A DNA stretch of 61,774 nucleotides, counting the filler, from Sphacelaria rigidula (taxonomy: Eukaryota): assembly GCA_964200075.2 (NCBI GenBank). It is 9 parts of 9 records of this genome, joined end to end, with 100 filler letters (N's around TTAATTAATTAA, not from the genome) between each part and the next. Parts side by side here need not be neighbours in the genome. Positions count along the whole stretch, not along the records: positions 48,127 to 54,900 come from CAXNAA020018145.1; positions 55,001 to 61,774 come from CAXNAA020018146.1; 7 more parts are not named here. One strand, given 5' to 3'. Shown here piece by piece: positions 50,421-61,774 of the stretch (positions are counted from its first letter, which is position 1; every line of letters starts with the position of its first letter). The notes below the pieces were generated by a model that had not been told where the DNA came from, did no database searches, and saw only the letters and a program-made list of their open reading frames with translations. A program made the position numbers and the translations under genes.

Positions 50421-51844
50421 GTAGTTGTAGGCCCTCTGGTTCGTTGACTCGTGCAATCTCGTTGGACCTTAATGCCTTTTATCAATTGTTTTGGCTGGGT
50501 TATTTTACTTTTGCTTTGGGCGTCTGCAATGGCGTGCTGATGAACCATCCTTGATGAACTCGTGCATAAAGCCGTTGGTGGCGCTCTGCTTGGGTTTATG
50601 TAACGCAGTGCAATGCGGCGGGCAACAAGGCAATACCACGAACATACAGGACGACAAAGCCTACCTAGTCCATGCTTACTCTTTACTGTTCCGCGTAATT
50701 GTAGTACAAGCATATCCTGGTGCAGTTGTTTTTGCTATTGAAAACAATGAGGGCACGCAACTGTGAAGCAGCGCGGTTGTGTTGTTTCGTACTCGTGGAA
50801 AAAAGGGCGTCAGTTGCGGTGTGGATTTTCTCCCATTTGTGCAGTGCATACTATCTACCATATATAAGTCTAGTGACGCGACAAAATGAAATCTCAAGCC
50901 TCCCCACAAAAACGTTTTACGGAGGCGCATGCTACGTCTTTGGGGGTCATGCCGGAGTTGACTCTACACAAGCACGGATGGACACCACGTCATGGTACGA
51001 TACTCACCACCTAGGTAGGGAGGTGCCAGTTCAGTGGGCACCGGGGCTAGAGAACCCAAACACAATCATTAGTATCGAAGCCATTGAGTTCGACATTACT
51101 AAGTGTAAAGTCAGCCACCGCACCAGTGGTCAGGTGGAATGTCATGAGCCGCGCAGGCTGCAAGACAACATGTGTTGCATGAAGGTCAGGCTTACATTTG
51201 TGAAGACCAAAGACTCCTCTGAGATAGCAGTCCGTGATAATGTTGATGTTTCTTGTATTATTGGCAACCGGCTGGTAGCTGCTAATCGCGCGTTGAGATA
51301 AGTTCCCAAAAGACTGTGCCCAAGTAGGGGGGTACTGTCGAAATCAATCAGACTCAGAATGGCCCATGACCTGTCGGGCTAGACAACGCCAGAGTGTGAC
51401 ACATGGAATCTACTCGACTGGACCATAACCGATGAATCCGGAACATCCCATCAGCCTTTGAATAAGGCTAAGCGAAAGAAATGTGAGAAACGAAGCCTGT
51501 GCATCAATACCTGAAATAAGGAAACGAGAAAAACCTGCCACTAATGTTGCAGGGGAAAACTCGGTATCTAATAGATAGGTAAACCCCGTTAGATGGGGGA
51601 AACCCTATCCGTCAGGAAAGGAAAAAAATCTCTAGCGCCCTTTCCAATCGACAGAAACCGCAGACAAGTGCGATCGCTGTTGTTTTCCCGGGATCTCAGT
51701 TAGACCGGAGAACGATTAGCTAATTAGCTTCATCGCGCGTCGACACCCTAGATCAGTTACACTGAATTCCTGGGTAGTGCGGGGCTTTAACCACATGCAA
51801 CTTAGGTTGGATTCGCTAAAAACAACCTTTCAACGAACTTGTCA

Positions 51845-52094
51845 GACTAATGCCGAGATAGCCCCCCCACAAAAAGTGCACCGCCGCCGTCCAACAAACT
51901 GGCTGCGATCCTACTATTGGGCTCGTTTTCAGCAATCGCGCCCACATGATAGGCGTGTGGCAGTCCGAAATCAGCTGAGACGCCCAAATAAGTCGCGTCG
52001 TGCAGCGCGAGTCCAGCTCTAACGGCATTTATCACCATCGCCCCCGTGCACTTTTTTAGCCGGTTCGGGGGGGGGGGCTATCTCGGCAGCAGTC
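51845..52094. mobile_element. MITE, second copy of the 1072-1323 family
   Basis: Same TIRs and similar internal sequence; flanks GTCA / ATCA. Confidence 0.85.
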
Positions 52095-52202
52095 ATCAAT
52101 AGTTACAGGAGTGCAGCTTTTGGGAGGTGCTTTCCTGTAGCTACTGATGTTTATGCTACGAAGAATAGAGCCCATACGCCTTGGCTCATAAATGTATTTG
52201 CA

Positions 52203-53585
52203 TGTTACAAAATGTGAACCAGACAAGGCCAAGCAACGACAAAAAAAAAGAAACAACAACAGGCACACTCGCAATTCACCCTGAAGAGTACGGTACCAAC
52301 AATTCTTCTTACTTATTTTACAACCCCCTTCCCTGTGCAATGATATCCTGTACCATTTCATATTTTGACTATTCCTAGACATTCCCACTCCAGTCCAACG
52401 GCGGGGTCCTTTTTCCCGCGTTAAGCGGTCTAGTTCCTGGCGGGATAGCTCCTCCCAGTCTCCGTCTTCGTATCGTACTCGCCAAAAGCGACTTCCGTAG
52501 TCATCATACACCTGACCCTTGACCTTGAGACCTCGAGAGTCTTTCCAGAAAGTAACACCTATTGGGAAACGTTCCAAGGCGTCACTGCACGACAGACGAG
52601 CGGGGCGCTTCTTGGAGTGCGGGGGTGGATTGGGTGCAACTGCGGGGTTGTACAGGTGCCAAAGTGCGTCGAAAGCGTCTAGTTCCAAAGGGGAAAAGCT
52701 GTTTCGGAGCTGGCTCTCTGGCAACCAGTCGGACACCTTCCCTTCCAACGACCTGGCCTTGTATTCCCATTGTTTCGTGCCGGTCATGGAGTAGATCTCT
52801 CGGCGGTCCACCAAAGTGACGAACTCGTGAGTTTGGGGAGGAGCGGTGTTGGATTTGCAATCTGAACCCCATACGTATTGAGCGAACTTGTCGGCTATCG
52901 AGTGCTTGAGATGCGGTGGGCGAACATGGAAGGGTTTCACGGCAGAGACTGCTACTCTACGTGTACGACGTTTGCGCCCCTGCAGGACCACCTCTACACT
53001 GAGGCCGGTCATCAGCACTCCCTTCACTCTCCAGGGCCCCGTGTACCTTTCGTGTTGCAGTTTTCTACCCTTACCGTCCCAATGTATCGTGCTGTCTGAT
53101 TCGCGTACCATGACCAGATCCCCTTCTCTCGCCGCCACTCCGGGAGAAGGTCTCAAGATTGAGGCGTTCATCTTCGCACGAGTCAATGCTTTCGCGGCGT
53201 GTCTTTTGTCAAGAGCTAGACGTACCTCCTTGAGATTTTGTCTACGTTGCTCCACGAAGGCATCCAGACCGTTACTTGATTCCTTCTCCTGGTTCAGGGG
53301 AATGAGCGAATCTAGAGACGTGCGGGGTTCACGACCGAGCAAAAGGTCAAACGGGGACATGTCTAAGGGTAGGGAAACGTCTGGCAAGGTACGCTTGATC
53401 CAGAGCGCTGGGGAGACATACTCGTCCCATCTCTGGGGCCACGACCTACACAGCTCTGCCAGCATGTCTAGTAGCCATCCCCCCAGCCTCTCGACTGCTC
53501 CTTGGCCTCTGGGGTGATCAGAGGGCCCGAAAGCAATGTCTGCTTTCAGCCACCTGCACAGGTGTGTCACCACCTCAGCAACTGT
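52203..53585 (-). mobile_element. Gypsy integrase 3' part with chromodomain-like and Tudor-like tail, PPT and a short 3' LTR (~52203-52322)
   Basis: 'HPRGQGAVERLGGWL', 'WDEYVSPALW', 'SPFDLLLGREP', 'RYTGPWRV'; PPT AGGGAAGGGGG immediately followed by TTGTAAAAT on the minus strand. Confidence 0.85.
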
Positions 53586-53619
53586 GGGGTGATACAGGTG
53601 CAAAAGGCTCGTGACGCAT

Positions 53620-54078
53620 GATGAGGAACTGTGATCAAAGGAAAGGTGTGGACGATTAAGACGAAAGAAATGTTCCAATAGTGCGACGATGCTTGACAGG
53701 GAAATATCGAAATGTTTTGATATTTTGCAAGGTCGCACCAGGATGTACGTGATCACCCTCTCTAACCGAGGTATTCTTTGATGACCTGATACAAGCATGA
53801 GACATGGCAAAGCAAGGGATGAAGTTGATGAAACAACTGGAAACAGTGCAGCTGGCCGCAGCTAAGAGAATACTTTGATGCAGTAACGGTGCAAATGGTA
53901 GCAAAGAAAAGAATACTTAGATGCAATAAAAATAGTAAAGATGAAAACAGTACAGAGTGCAACAGCTCAGAAACTACTTGGATGAAGTGAAGTTGGTGAA
54001 GGAGTTGGGGAACAGTGCAGATTACAGCAGCTAAGGGAATAACTTGGATGCCCCAAACAAACAGGTACGCCCCCCCCC
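53620..54078 (+). mobile_element. Rearranged fragments of the RTEX/L1-like LINE family
   Basis: 'TMLDREISKCFDILQG' and repeated 'KLMKQLETVQLAAAKRIL'-like blocks resemble 30510-31150; ends GTACGCCCCCCCC. Confidence 0.6.
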
Positions 54079-54189
54079 TTTTGAAATCTTTCCCTTTTCC
54101 CCACCTGTCAGTGCCTGAAACAACGTAAAGTTCTCGACAATCCAACATGGTGACAGATACAGGCAATGCAGTCGAACATGACACAAATT

Positions 54190-54480
54190 CAGGGGTCAGG
54201 TGGAATGTGGGTGTTGCGTTCCACTTTGGTCCCCCTCAAGGTGTGACGCAAACACTTCGGGTATGAGATGTTTCGGATGGGGTGGGCGGATATGGAAGGA
54301 ACTTCTAGCTATTGAGACAGCGGTGGTACATGTGTAATGTTTACGGCCAGTCCAGAGCTCGAAGGGGAATGTGTCAGACGGTAGCATGGCGTCAGGTCTT
54401 CGGGTAGGGTACGATTGCGCAAGAGTGTGCGTGAAACGTACTCCCTCTGGGGCCAAGATTTGTACAATTCTGTAAGCTTT
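54190..54480 (-). mobile_element. Gypsy integrase C-terminal remnant
   Basis: 'FHIRPPHPKHLIPEVFA' parallels 'FHVRPPHLKHSIADKFA' in the neighbouring element. Confidence 0.55.
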
Positions 54481-55039
54481 TCAGCAGCCGTCCCCCTAGA
54501 GTGTCGAATCCTGTGAAACTGAAGACATATTCATGGCGAGCATAAAATAGACAAGGCATGCTGAGTAAAAATATAATAATGAGGTACATTGTACTAAATA
54601 TACCGAGACAAGACACAGAAATGACAAGAAACATGCCCTCACACGCATGAGTTGTACGTTGGTACTCATTGGGCGAGAGTCTAGTTCGTATGCCATATCC
54701 TAGCTGAGCCACCATGAGACGACCGGATTGTGGTGGTGAAATCTTGCTGCAGTTATACGGCACAAGAGTTTGACAGCAAAAGGAGAGCGCGCGTTTACCT
54801 ACATCATGCAGCAATACTGTTGGCTTTCCTACTTATAACAGTGTTTTCGTAAGATTGAGAGTAGATGATACGGTTGAGAGTGGCTTTGATCATTCGCATT
54901 NNNNNNNNNNNNNNNNNNNNNNNNNNNNNNNNNNNNNNNNNNNNTTAATTAATTAANNNNNNNNNNNNNNNNNNNNNNNNNNNNNNNNNNNNNNNNNNNN
55001 GTACTTCTGCTACAAACAGTTCGCAAGTCGGGTTGCCCA

Positions 55040-57030
55040 CTTGAGCCTCAATTCAGAGTTTTACCTCAATTCGCACAATTTGCTGTTAAGGGGCTTTCTC
55101 AAAGAGTTTTGGGGGAACGGGAGGCGAGAAACTCCCAAAAATAGTCTCAATGAGGTTGGAGAGCATGAGATCACTCATATGAAAGTCATTTATCTTGACC
55201 TGATGTCAGGGGAAGCACTGGCGTTATGGAGTTGAAACTTGTCATAATATCCAACGTCACGTTTGAAGGACACCTCTTCACCGGCATACACCGAGAGGAA
55301 ATACCACACACACACATGACAACATACTCGTGATATTAGGAACGACTTCTCGTTTTCGGAACGGGCCCGTAATCGATTTGGGGCGTATGTCCGTCGAATA
55401 TTTTCAAGTAGGTAACCTGAAGGCGTGTTCTTTTCACTGAAAGCTTGTGAACGAGAAGGGAGAGATGATTTTGTCCCAACGGTGATTGGGATTAGCCGCG
55501 GTGCCAAACCAAGAGGGAGAGGCGGTGACGTTGTCTCTCTTCGTATCGTACACTAAAGGCTTCCGCGTGCTGTCATCAGTCAGCATCTGGGCGTGGGGCA
55601 CAAGAGGCACGCTACTAGCAGAAGATCTTCTATGCAACCGCAGAAAGATGTGCACAAGAGGCACGCTACTAGCAGAAGATCTTCTATGCAACCGCAGAAA
55701 GATGTGCCCGAAATCGTCCGTGCTCCAACATGCACAAGGGCATGTAGAAGTCGGGATCTGTACGTACGATGGTCCAAGGGCGGGTCGGGTAGGGTAGATT
55801 CGATATTTCGGTATTTTGATACGTTGAATATATCAGGAGCTGTTCGGAGGAACGCACTCGATGCTCGGCACGCTCACACCGCACGCCCGTCCAACCTACT
55901 GTAGTAGTAGTAGTACAGCCTTGTACACTTGCATATGTATTGCACTTTTGTTGTACTGCACTCTTCTGTACTGCACTATGTTATGCTGTACTGTACACTG
56001 CCGCATGGGACACTTTCTACGATACCCCCCTCCAAACCACTCGAAATGTACACTTGAATCGAATCGAAAAATTCGAGCACATCAAGCAGCTAGGAATCAC
56101 CACGCTTGGTTCGTTTTCGCCAATGTCACCCATATGAGGCGCTTCATGCAGCCTGAAACCAAACGTCACGCGTTGTATGCCTTTTTTCTTCGTGGCAGTT
56201 TTGGGCTGCTTTTGTTTTTGTTTTTGTTCGGGGGGGAAGGGGCTATCGTGGAAAGAGCTCATGGTTCCGTGCTGCATCGTATAGAACTGACCTTGGGAAT
56301 TCGTGATTTTCAATTGATCAGTAACAATGCACGTTTCTTTGGGTCTGTTTTGGTTTCTGAAGTGATAGCTATAAGCTGACAAATCCAACAGGCCATTGTA
56401 TATGTCGAAATCAGTTTTAAAAACGATCGTTGGACTCTTGAGCCCAAACATTTGAGGTAAAAGCTGAGCCACTTATGTTCACCGGTGACCGAAAGATTAA
56501 GAGGGAAACAATACTTTCAGAGTAGACGGGTAGTCAAGTGATAACAGGAAGCTTCGGGGTCTTTCACGCTCCACACATCGATATGCCGCAAGTGTTCATA
56601 ACTGGAATTCTGGGAGCCCTGAAGATTCAAATGTCTTGTGAAAGCTCTCCCGCAAAAGTTGAATCGACACATCGAAGCCCCTTTAGAAAATACGGCAAGT
56701 TTTTGGGGTGTAGGCGTACCCCATGATAAAAACTGGGTGTGCCGATCTCTGCAGGTAATTGTGCACGTTGGAGAGAGGTACGGATGATTTGGTGCAGATC
56801 CACCTGCGGTTGCATAGAGGATCTTCCGCTAGCAGTCTGTCCCTTGTGCCCCACGCCCCAATGCTGAATAATGACAGCACACAGAGGCCTCTACTGTAGG
56901 ATACATAAAGAGACAAAATCACCGCGTTTGTCGATTGGTTTGGCATCACAGCTGATCCTATTCGCCGTTCGAACAAAATCATTTCTTCCTCTTCTGTTCG
57001 CTGGCTTTCAATGGAAAAACGCACGTCTTC
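55040..57030. pseudogene. Two inverted, diverged copies of an unidentified coding sequence (+ ~55040-55780; - ~57030-56250)
   Basis: AVPNQEGEAVTLSLFVSYTKGFRVLSSVSIWAWGTRGTLLAEDLLCNRRKMC versus AVMPNQSTNAVILSLYVSYSRGLCVLSLFSIGAWGTRDRLLAEDPLCNRRWIC; differences enriched at third codon positions. Confidence 0.6.
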
Positions 57031-57057
57031 GAATTATCTGCCTGAAATTGATCGGCA

Positions 57058-57416
57058 GCCATACACACGCGGACATTTGGCTACCCCCCGAAATGCCTCC
57101 GGAGGGACGCGCGACCCTCCGGAGGGGAAACAAGCCTCCAGAGGCCTTTAACCCCTCTGGAGAAAACCAGAAACTACCGCGCTGGAGGGCCGTGCAATCC
57201 CTCCGAAGGAATTTGGGGGTAGCAAACTGCCTCCGGAGGGATGCACGGCCCTCCGAACGAAACCCCCCCCGAGGGCGTTAATCCTCCTGAAGGAAACCAA
57301 GAACTACCCCTCTAGAGGCGCCTAAATCCTTTTGAGGCGTTCAAACCCTCGGGAGGCTCGAAACTGACCGCTCTCGAGGAGTTTTGGGGGTAGATCAATG
57401 GCCGCGTGTGTACGGC
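57058..57416. mobile_element. MITE (PIF/Harbinger-like ends) filled with CCTCCGGAGG palindromes
   Basis: TIRs GCCATACACACGCGGACATTTGGCTACCCCCC / GGGGGTAGATCAATGGCCGCGTGTGTACGGC; flanks GCA / TCA. Confidence 0.75.
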
Positions 57417-57459
57417 TCAAACCGATTTCGGACCCGTTCCGGAAACGAGAGTTCCGTAC

Positions 57460-57900
57460 CTCGGACGAGCACGAGTGTGACTCGTGGCACTCGCACTCGT
57501 TGGGCTGCTCGTCGGCCGTGAAAAATAGTAGGGCGAGCACTCGAGTCATTGCTCGTGGTGGAAAAAGTCAATAGGGCAAGCACTCGAGTCATTGCTCGTT
57601 GTGGAAAAAATTAAGAGGGCGAGCCCTCGAGTCATTGCTCGTTGTGGAAAAAAATTTATAGGGCGAGCACTCGAGTCATTGCTCGTTGTGGAAAAAATTA
57701 ATAGGGCGAGCACTCGAGTCATTGCTCGTTGCAGAAATGATTAAGTGGGCGAGCACTCGAGTCATCACTCGTTGCGGAAATGATTAATTGGGCGAGCACT
57801 CGAGTCATTGCTCGTTGTGGAAAAAATTAGTAAGGCGAGCACTCGAGCCATTGCTCGTTTTGGAAAACGTTAATAGGGCGAGCACTCGAGTCATTGCTCG
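57460..57900. repeat. Leader plus 9 x 43-bp tandem array
   Basis: GGGCGAGCACTCGAGTCATTGCTCGTTGTGGAAAAAATTAATA units at 57531, 57574, 57617, 57661, 57704, 57747, 57790, 57833, 57876. Confidence 0.95.
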
Positions 57901-58089
57901 ATCGTTGTTGAAGAAATTAACCCCTTTAGGACCGGGCCTCCAGAACGACCAGTGAGGCTGGTTAGGAATGACGTGTCTGGCGTCTGCACGAAACAGTGAC
58001 ATGTTGCGGAAAATCCGCGTATGTAACCGCAAGGTTATGGCGAAGACCGAAAGTTTCATTCAATCTTTTTTCACGTGCAGGGTGCGCCT

Positions 58090-58620
58090 TAGGTAATGTA
58101 CATCTGATGTAGGAAGCAGTATATGTCGCCATACAATAAAGAGCTTTCAACAGGATGCGGCGACCGGCGGGCCGCCCGCCACTTGTGGCTTTGGATGATG
58201 TTGCTATCCCCATCACCTTTCCACGCAGCCCTTTGTGGTCGGGGTGGGCCGCCATTTCCCTCCTTGTTGCAGGCGGCAAAATATCTTGGAAGGATATGGG
58301 CGTTGCGGTGCACATACATACAACGGTACAAAACAGTGCAGTGCGCGTCTCCGAATGCAGCAGCAGCTGCCGATGCCTACTCCCTTGCACGTTCTGGGCA
58401 GTTCTCAGCGACGGAGATCAGTTACCTATACATAGCTTGTTCCTTCCCGTCCACAACATACATGTTCACAGTGTGCTGCAAGTCATTGGCAGGGGGATGA
58501 GAAGAAATCATGACAGTAGCTCATTTTGTCTTTCAACGACCCACCTGGGTTTAGTGCCTCGTGAAAATGACCACATTGTGGTACACTCCTTTCCGGTTTT
58601 GCCCACTCCATGCACCCTGT
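58090..58620 (-). pseudogene. Possible Mutator/MULE transposase fragment
   Basis: 'VHGVGKTGKECTTMWSF', 'YVVDGKEQAM' and 'AFGDAHCTVLYRCMYVHRNA' loosely resemble the MULE second Asp and CxxH region; contains stops. Confidence 0.3.
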
Positions 58621-58764
58621 GTTAGTGTAACTACTACGTTTGAGTATAGTCTGGTGACCCCAAAAACCTCCTGGGAAATCCCGGGAACGCTATACTGAAT
58701 GCAAGTAATACGATGAGCCATGCCCCGAGCATCCTGGCTTTGGAAACCTGGGAAGGCTTCATAC

Positions 58765-59218
58765 GTCGGACGAGCACGATTGTGACTCGTGGCACTGGTA
58801 CTCGTTCGGCTACTCGTTGGCCGTAAAAATTAGTAGGGCGAGCGCTCGAGCCATTGCTCGTTGTGGAAAAAATTAATAGGGCGAGCATTCGAGTCATTGC
58901 TCGTTGTGGAAAAAAATGTTAGGGCGAGCACTCGAGTCATTGCTCGTTGTGGAAGAAATCACTAGGGTGAGCACTCGAGTCATCGCTGGTTGCGGAATAA
59001 AATAATAGGGCGAGCGCTCGAGTCATTGCTCGTTGTGAAAAAAAGAAATAGGGCGAGCACTCGAGTAACTGCTCGTTGTGGAAAAAACAAATAAGGCGAG
59101 CGCTCGAGTCATTGCTCGTTGTGGAAAAAAAGTAAGGCTCAACACTCGAGTCATGCTCGTTGTGTTTTGGAAAAACACCCACGAGTGCACTCGTCTAAAC
59201 GAGTAATGACTCGTCCGA
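58765..59218. mobile_element. TIR-bounded element with leader plus 8 x 43-bp array
   Basis: GTCGGACGAG...CTCGTCCGAC ends; units at 58836, 58879, 58922, 58965, 59008, 59051, 59094, 59135; same leader as at 57460. Confidence 0.85.
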
Positions 59219-59655
59219 CCTGTGGAGAGTTCGTTCCTGATCTCACCAACAACATGTTACATTTAGAAGGAGAAGATAAATAACAACTACAAGACCAAAT
59301 ATCCCAAAATCAAAATTCCAACGGAAGAAACAAGAAAACTGTGAGGAATGGTTTTATTTTCTCGTTCAGTTTTGTAAAAGCCTACCGATGCGGTGGCTCC
59401 CGAATCGTTACCATCCTTTCTCTTGTATCTAAGCAGACACGATCACTAGTGACCATGATGTTGCGTTATACTTTGAGAAGAGCGCACTTGCTTTTCTGAC
59501 GGCTTTTTCCCAGCTCGTGTTCCCGCTCATGACACTTTCTACGCATACCCCCCCCCCCCCCTATTCCGTGGCCCGTGGCGAAGTATAGATAGTTTTATTT
59601 TTTGTACTATTCGAGAGTGCCTAGACTGAGTCGACCCTATGACAGAGGGATCAGA

Positions 59656-61774
59656 TGTTGAGTGAGCTCAGCAGGCAGCGTGGTAGCTGCCATGAGCGGG
59701 GTACTGTAGTCACACACACTCGACTATCAGTACCCGCACGTCCGCACTAATCTATCCGCACATGTGTATGTTCACTCAGTGTACCTGTTCACATGAACAC
59801 CCCCTCTGAACCGGTACATCAGTCGCCGTGGCTTTCTGTCTAAAACCAAAACCAAAAAACGTTTCAAGCGGGGAACCCGGCCATCCGGGCAAAAATCCCT
59901 TCCCTCAACAGCTTGTGCTCCATCTAGATAATCTATGGACGCCGGTCAAGGCAGATACACGACATGTCAGGAAACGCCCTACAAAACCCATGCCCCTCAA
60001 AGTAGCGTGGGTGGCATAACCCAAAATACGCATAAATGCATCACTTGAACATATAAAAATACCCGGCACGAGCACAGTGGTACACACAAAAACCGTACCT
60101 GCTTGTCACCTTCTAAGTGCATGAAAAAACATATGTGCCTCGTGAGCAGGCTGATCGAAAGAGGCTTTGTCAAAATATCTGTATGCTGCCATCCTGAGCC
60201 TACATGTATAACCCTGACCTTCCCCGTTCTGTTGCCAGCCACATCAACCCCCCCACTGCGTTACGGTATGGGCGATTCACCTTTTTGTCTTCGTCCGTTG
60301 TCGGCCCCAACTTTACAGAAACAGAGGCAGGGATTTCCGAGTACCCCCTCACCTCAAAACGCTTCAGGAGCGTATCTGTGAACGTGGTTTGCGTCACAGA
60401 CAGCGTGCCTCTATCCCAGTCTCTATCCCCTGCGCACCCTATGTACCAGGTGACGTCTCCGAGATTGTTCGTGGGGAGCTTTTGTTTGGGGATTTGGCCC
60501 ACCTTTCCTACGTATTCCTCAGTACCACTGATGAGGATGTCGTCCACATGGACAACAAAAACCACACGTACTTCTCCTGCATCCTCCATCTTGAATAGAC
60601 ATGGGTCAGCCTCACACTTCACCATCCCAACATCCTCCAGTAAAGTTTGGCACAGAAGGCGAGACCACTGCCTGCCCACTTGCTTGATCCCGTAAATAGA
60701 TTTTTCAAGCTTCACGGTCACGTCTGTCAAAACGGAGCATCCTTCAGGCAATCTCATGTACACCTCAGTATCCATTTCTGCTTGAACAAAAGTCTGTGTC
60801 ACATCAAGATGGTACAGCGGCCACTCTTCCTGAACTGCCACTGCCATGCCCAGTTTGATGGAGGCCATGGAGGGCGTTGCCGCGAAAGTCTCGAAATAGT
60901 CGACTGCAAAACGTTGTCCAAAACCTCGCGCTACCAACCTTGCCTTTGCCTTCGTTGCAGTACCATCTGCGTCGGTCTTCCAACTAAAAATCCACTTCGC
61001 TGAAATCACGTTTGCTGCTTCCGGTGCAGGGCCAGTCGAAAATGTTCCAGCCTTTTCGTGACCTCCTAGCTCGGCCTGCATCGCGCCCAACCATACCTCT
61101 CGAAATTCTGACTTGGCAATGTCATCCATACTGGTTGGTGCTGCCTCTATTTCGCTTACGTGTAGGCCAACCGGTGAACGAAAACCGAATTCAGGCTGCC
61201 CTACCCTGTTTTCCTCAGCAACAAAACAAAAAAACTCGTTTTCGGGTAACTCGTGTTGAGTCGAAGCGATTGTGTCTTGTCCGGCCACCTGTCCTGCTGC
61301 CGCGGTGATCATCTCCATGGTTGAGCATTTGTCTTCCACCATTCCCGCCAGCGCCATCTTCACTTCCTTCTTGCTTTCCTGCGCTCCGCCAGCCACCAGC
61401 GTTTCGTCTCGTGCGTGTACCGACCCCATTGCCTCGCGCGTTTGGCTCCTCGTACGCCCCGCCCTTGGTGTTGGTAACCGGTCAGCCCACGCAAGACGGC
61501 GTTGCTCGGCCCTCGGAAGTTGAGGAGCGTCGCCGCCCCCCCGCCATCTTGCAAGGGACCCGTGGAAGAGGGTGACAGTGCGGGCGACGAGGCAGTGTCT
61601 GATGCCGATGTGGGCGTCGGCGTAGGTGTCGGCGTCGGCGTAGGTGTCGGCGTCTGCGCTAGTGTCTGCGTCGGCGTAGGTATCGGCGTCTCCGCTGATG
61701 TTGGCGTTGATGATGATGATGATGATGATTCCGGCTCCACCTCACTCCCTCCGTTGACAAAATCTGGAACGGGG
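59656..61774 (-). mobile_element. Ty1/Copia retrotransposon 3' half: RT (60200-61429), truncated RNase H, PPT and ~144-bp 3' LTR (59656-59799)
   Basis: 'AKWIFSWK..KAKARLVARGFGQ..DYFETFA', 'HLDVTQTF', 'LEKSIYGIKQ', 'VVHVDDILI'; PPT AGAGGGGG then TGTTCA...TCAACA on the minus strand; Pro/Thr-rich linker upstream. Confidence 0.93.

Noticed and set aside
52056..53810. 584-aa ORF as a single gene
   Set aside because: It is a chimera of antisense LINE fragment, Gypsy integrase and read-through into LTR and flanking DNA.
57531..59160. CRISPR arrays
   Set aside because: The variable parts are only about 10 nt, A/T-rich and homologous to each other. There are no cas genes, the context is eukaryotic, and one array is TIR-bounded.

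Overview
Eukaryotic DNA of about 50% GC, most consistent with a brown alga or related stramenopile (inferred from spliceosomal introns, a stramenopile-type EGF protein and TTAGGG motifs). The window is not one locus. It is nine contigs of 6776-6774 bp, sorted by length and joined by identical 100-nt N44-TTAATTAATTAA-N44 linkers, so adjacency across linkers means nothing. Three partial host genes can be spliced by hand: an EGF/tenascin-like protein (+), PrimPol (-) and an NSF-like AAA ATPase (+). Most of the rest is decayed mobile DNA: Gypsy and Copia LTR retrotransposons, RTE and RTEX/L1-like LINEs, tRNA-derived SINEs and many MITEs. The most unusual signals are: TIR elements filled with palindromic tandem arrays; MITEs carrying telomeric repeats; a roughly 290-bp element sharing a C-tailed 3' end with a LINE; decayed exon echoes inside an NSF intron; chromo plus Tudor-like integrase tails; and an unidentified coding family present as an inverted pair. 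No new system can be claimed as established from the sequence alone.
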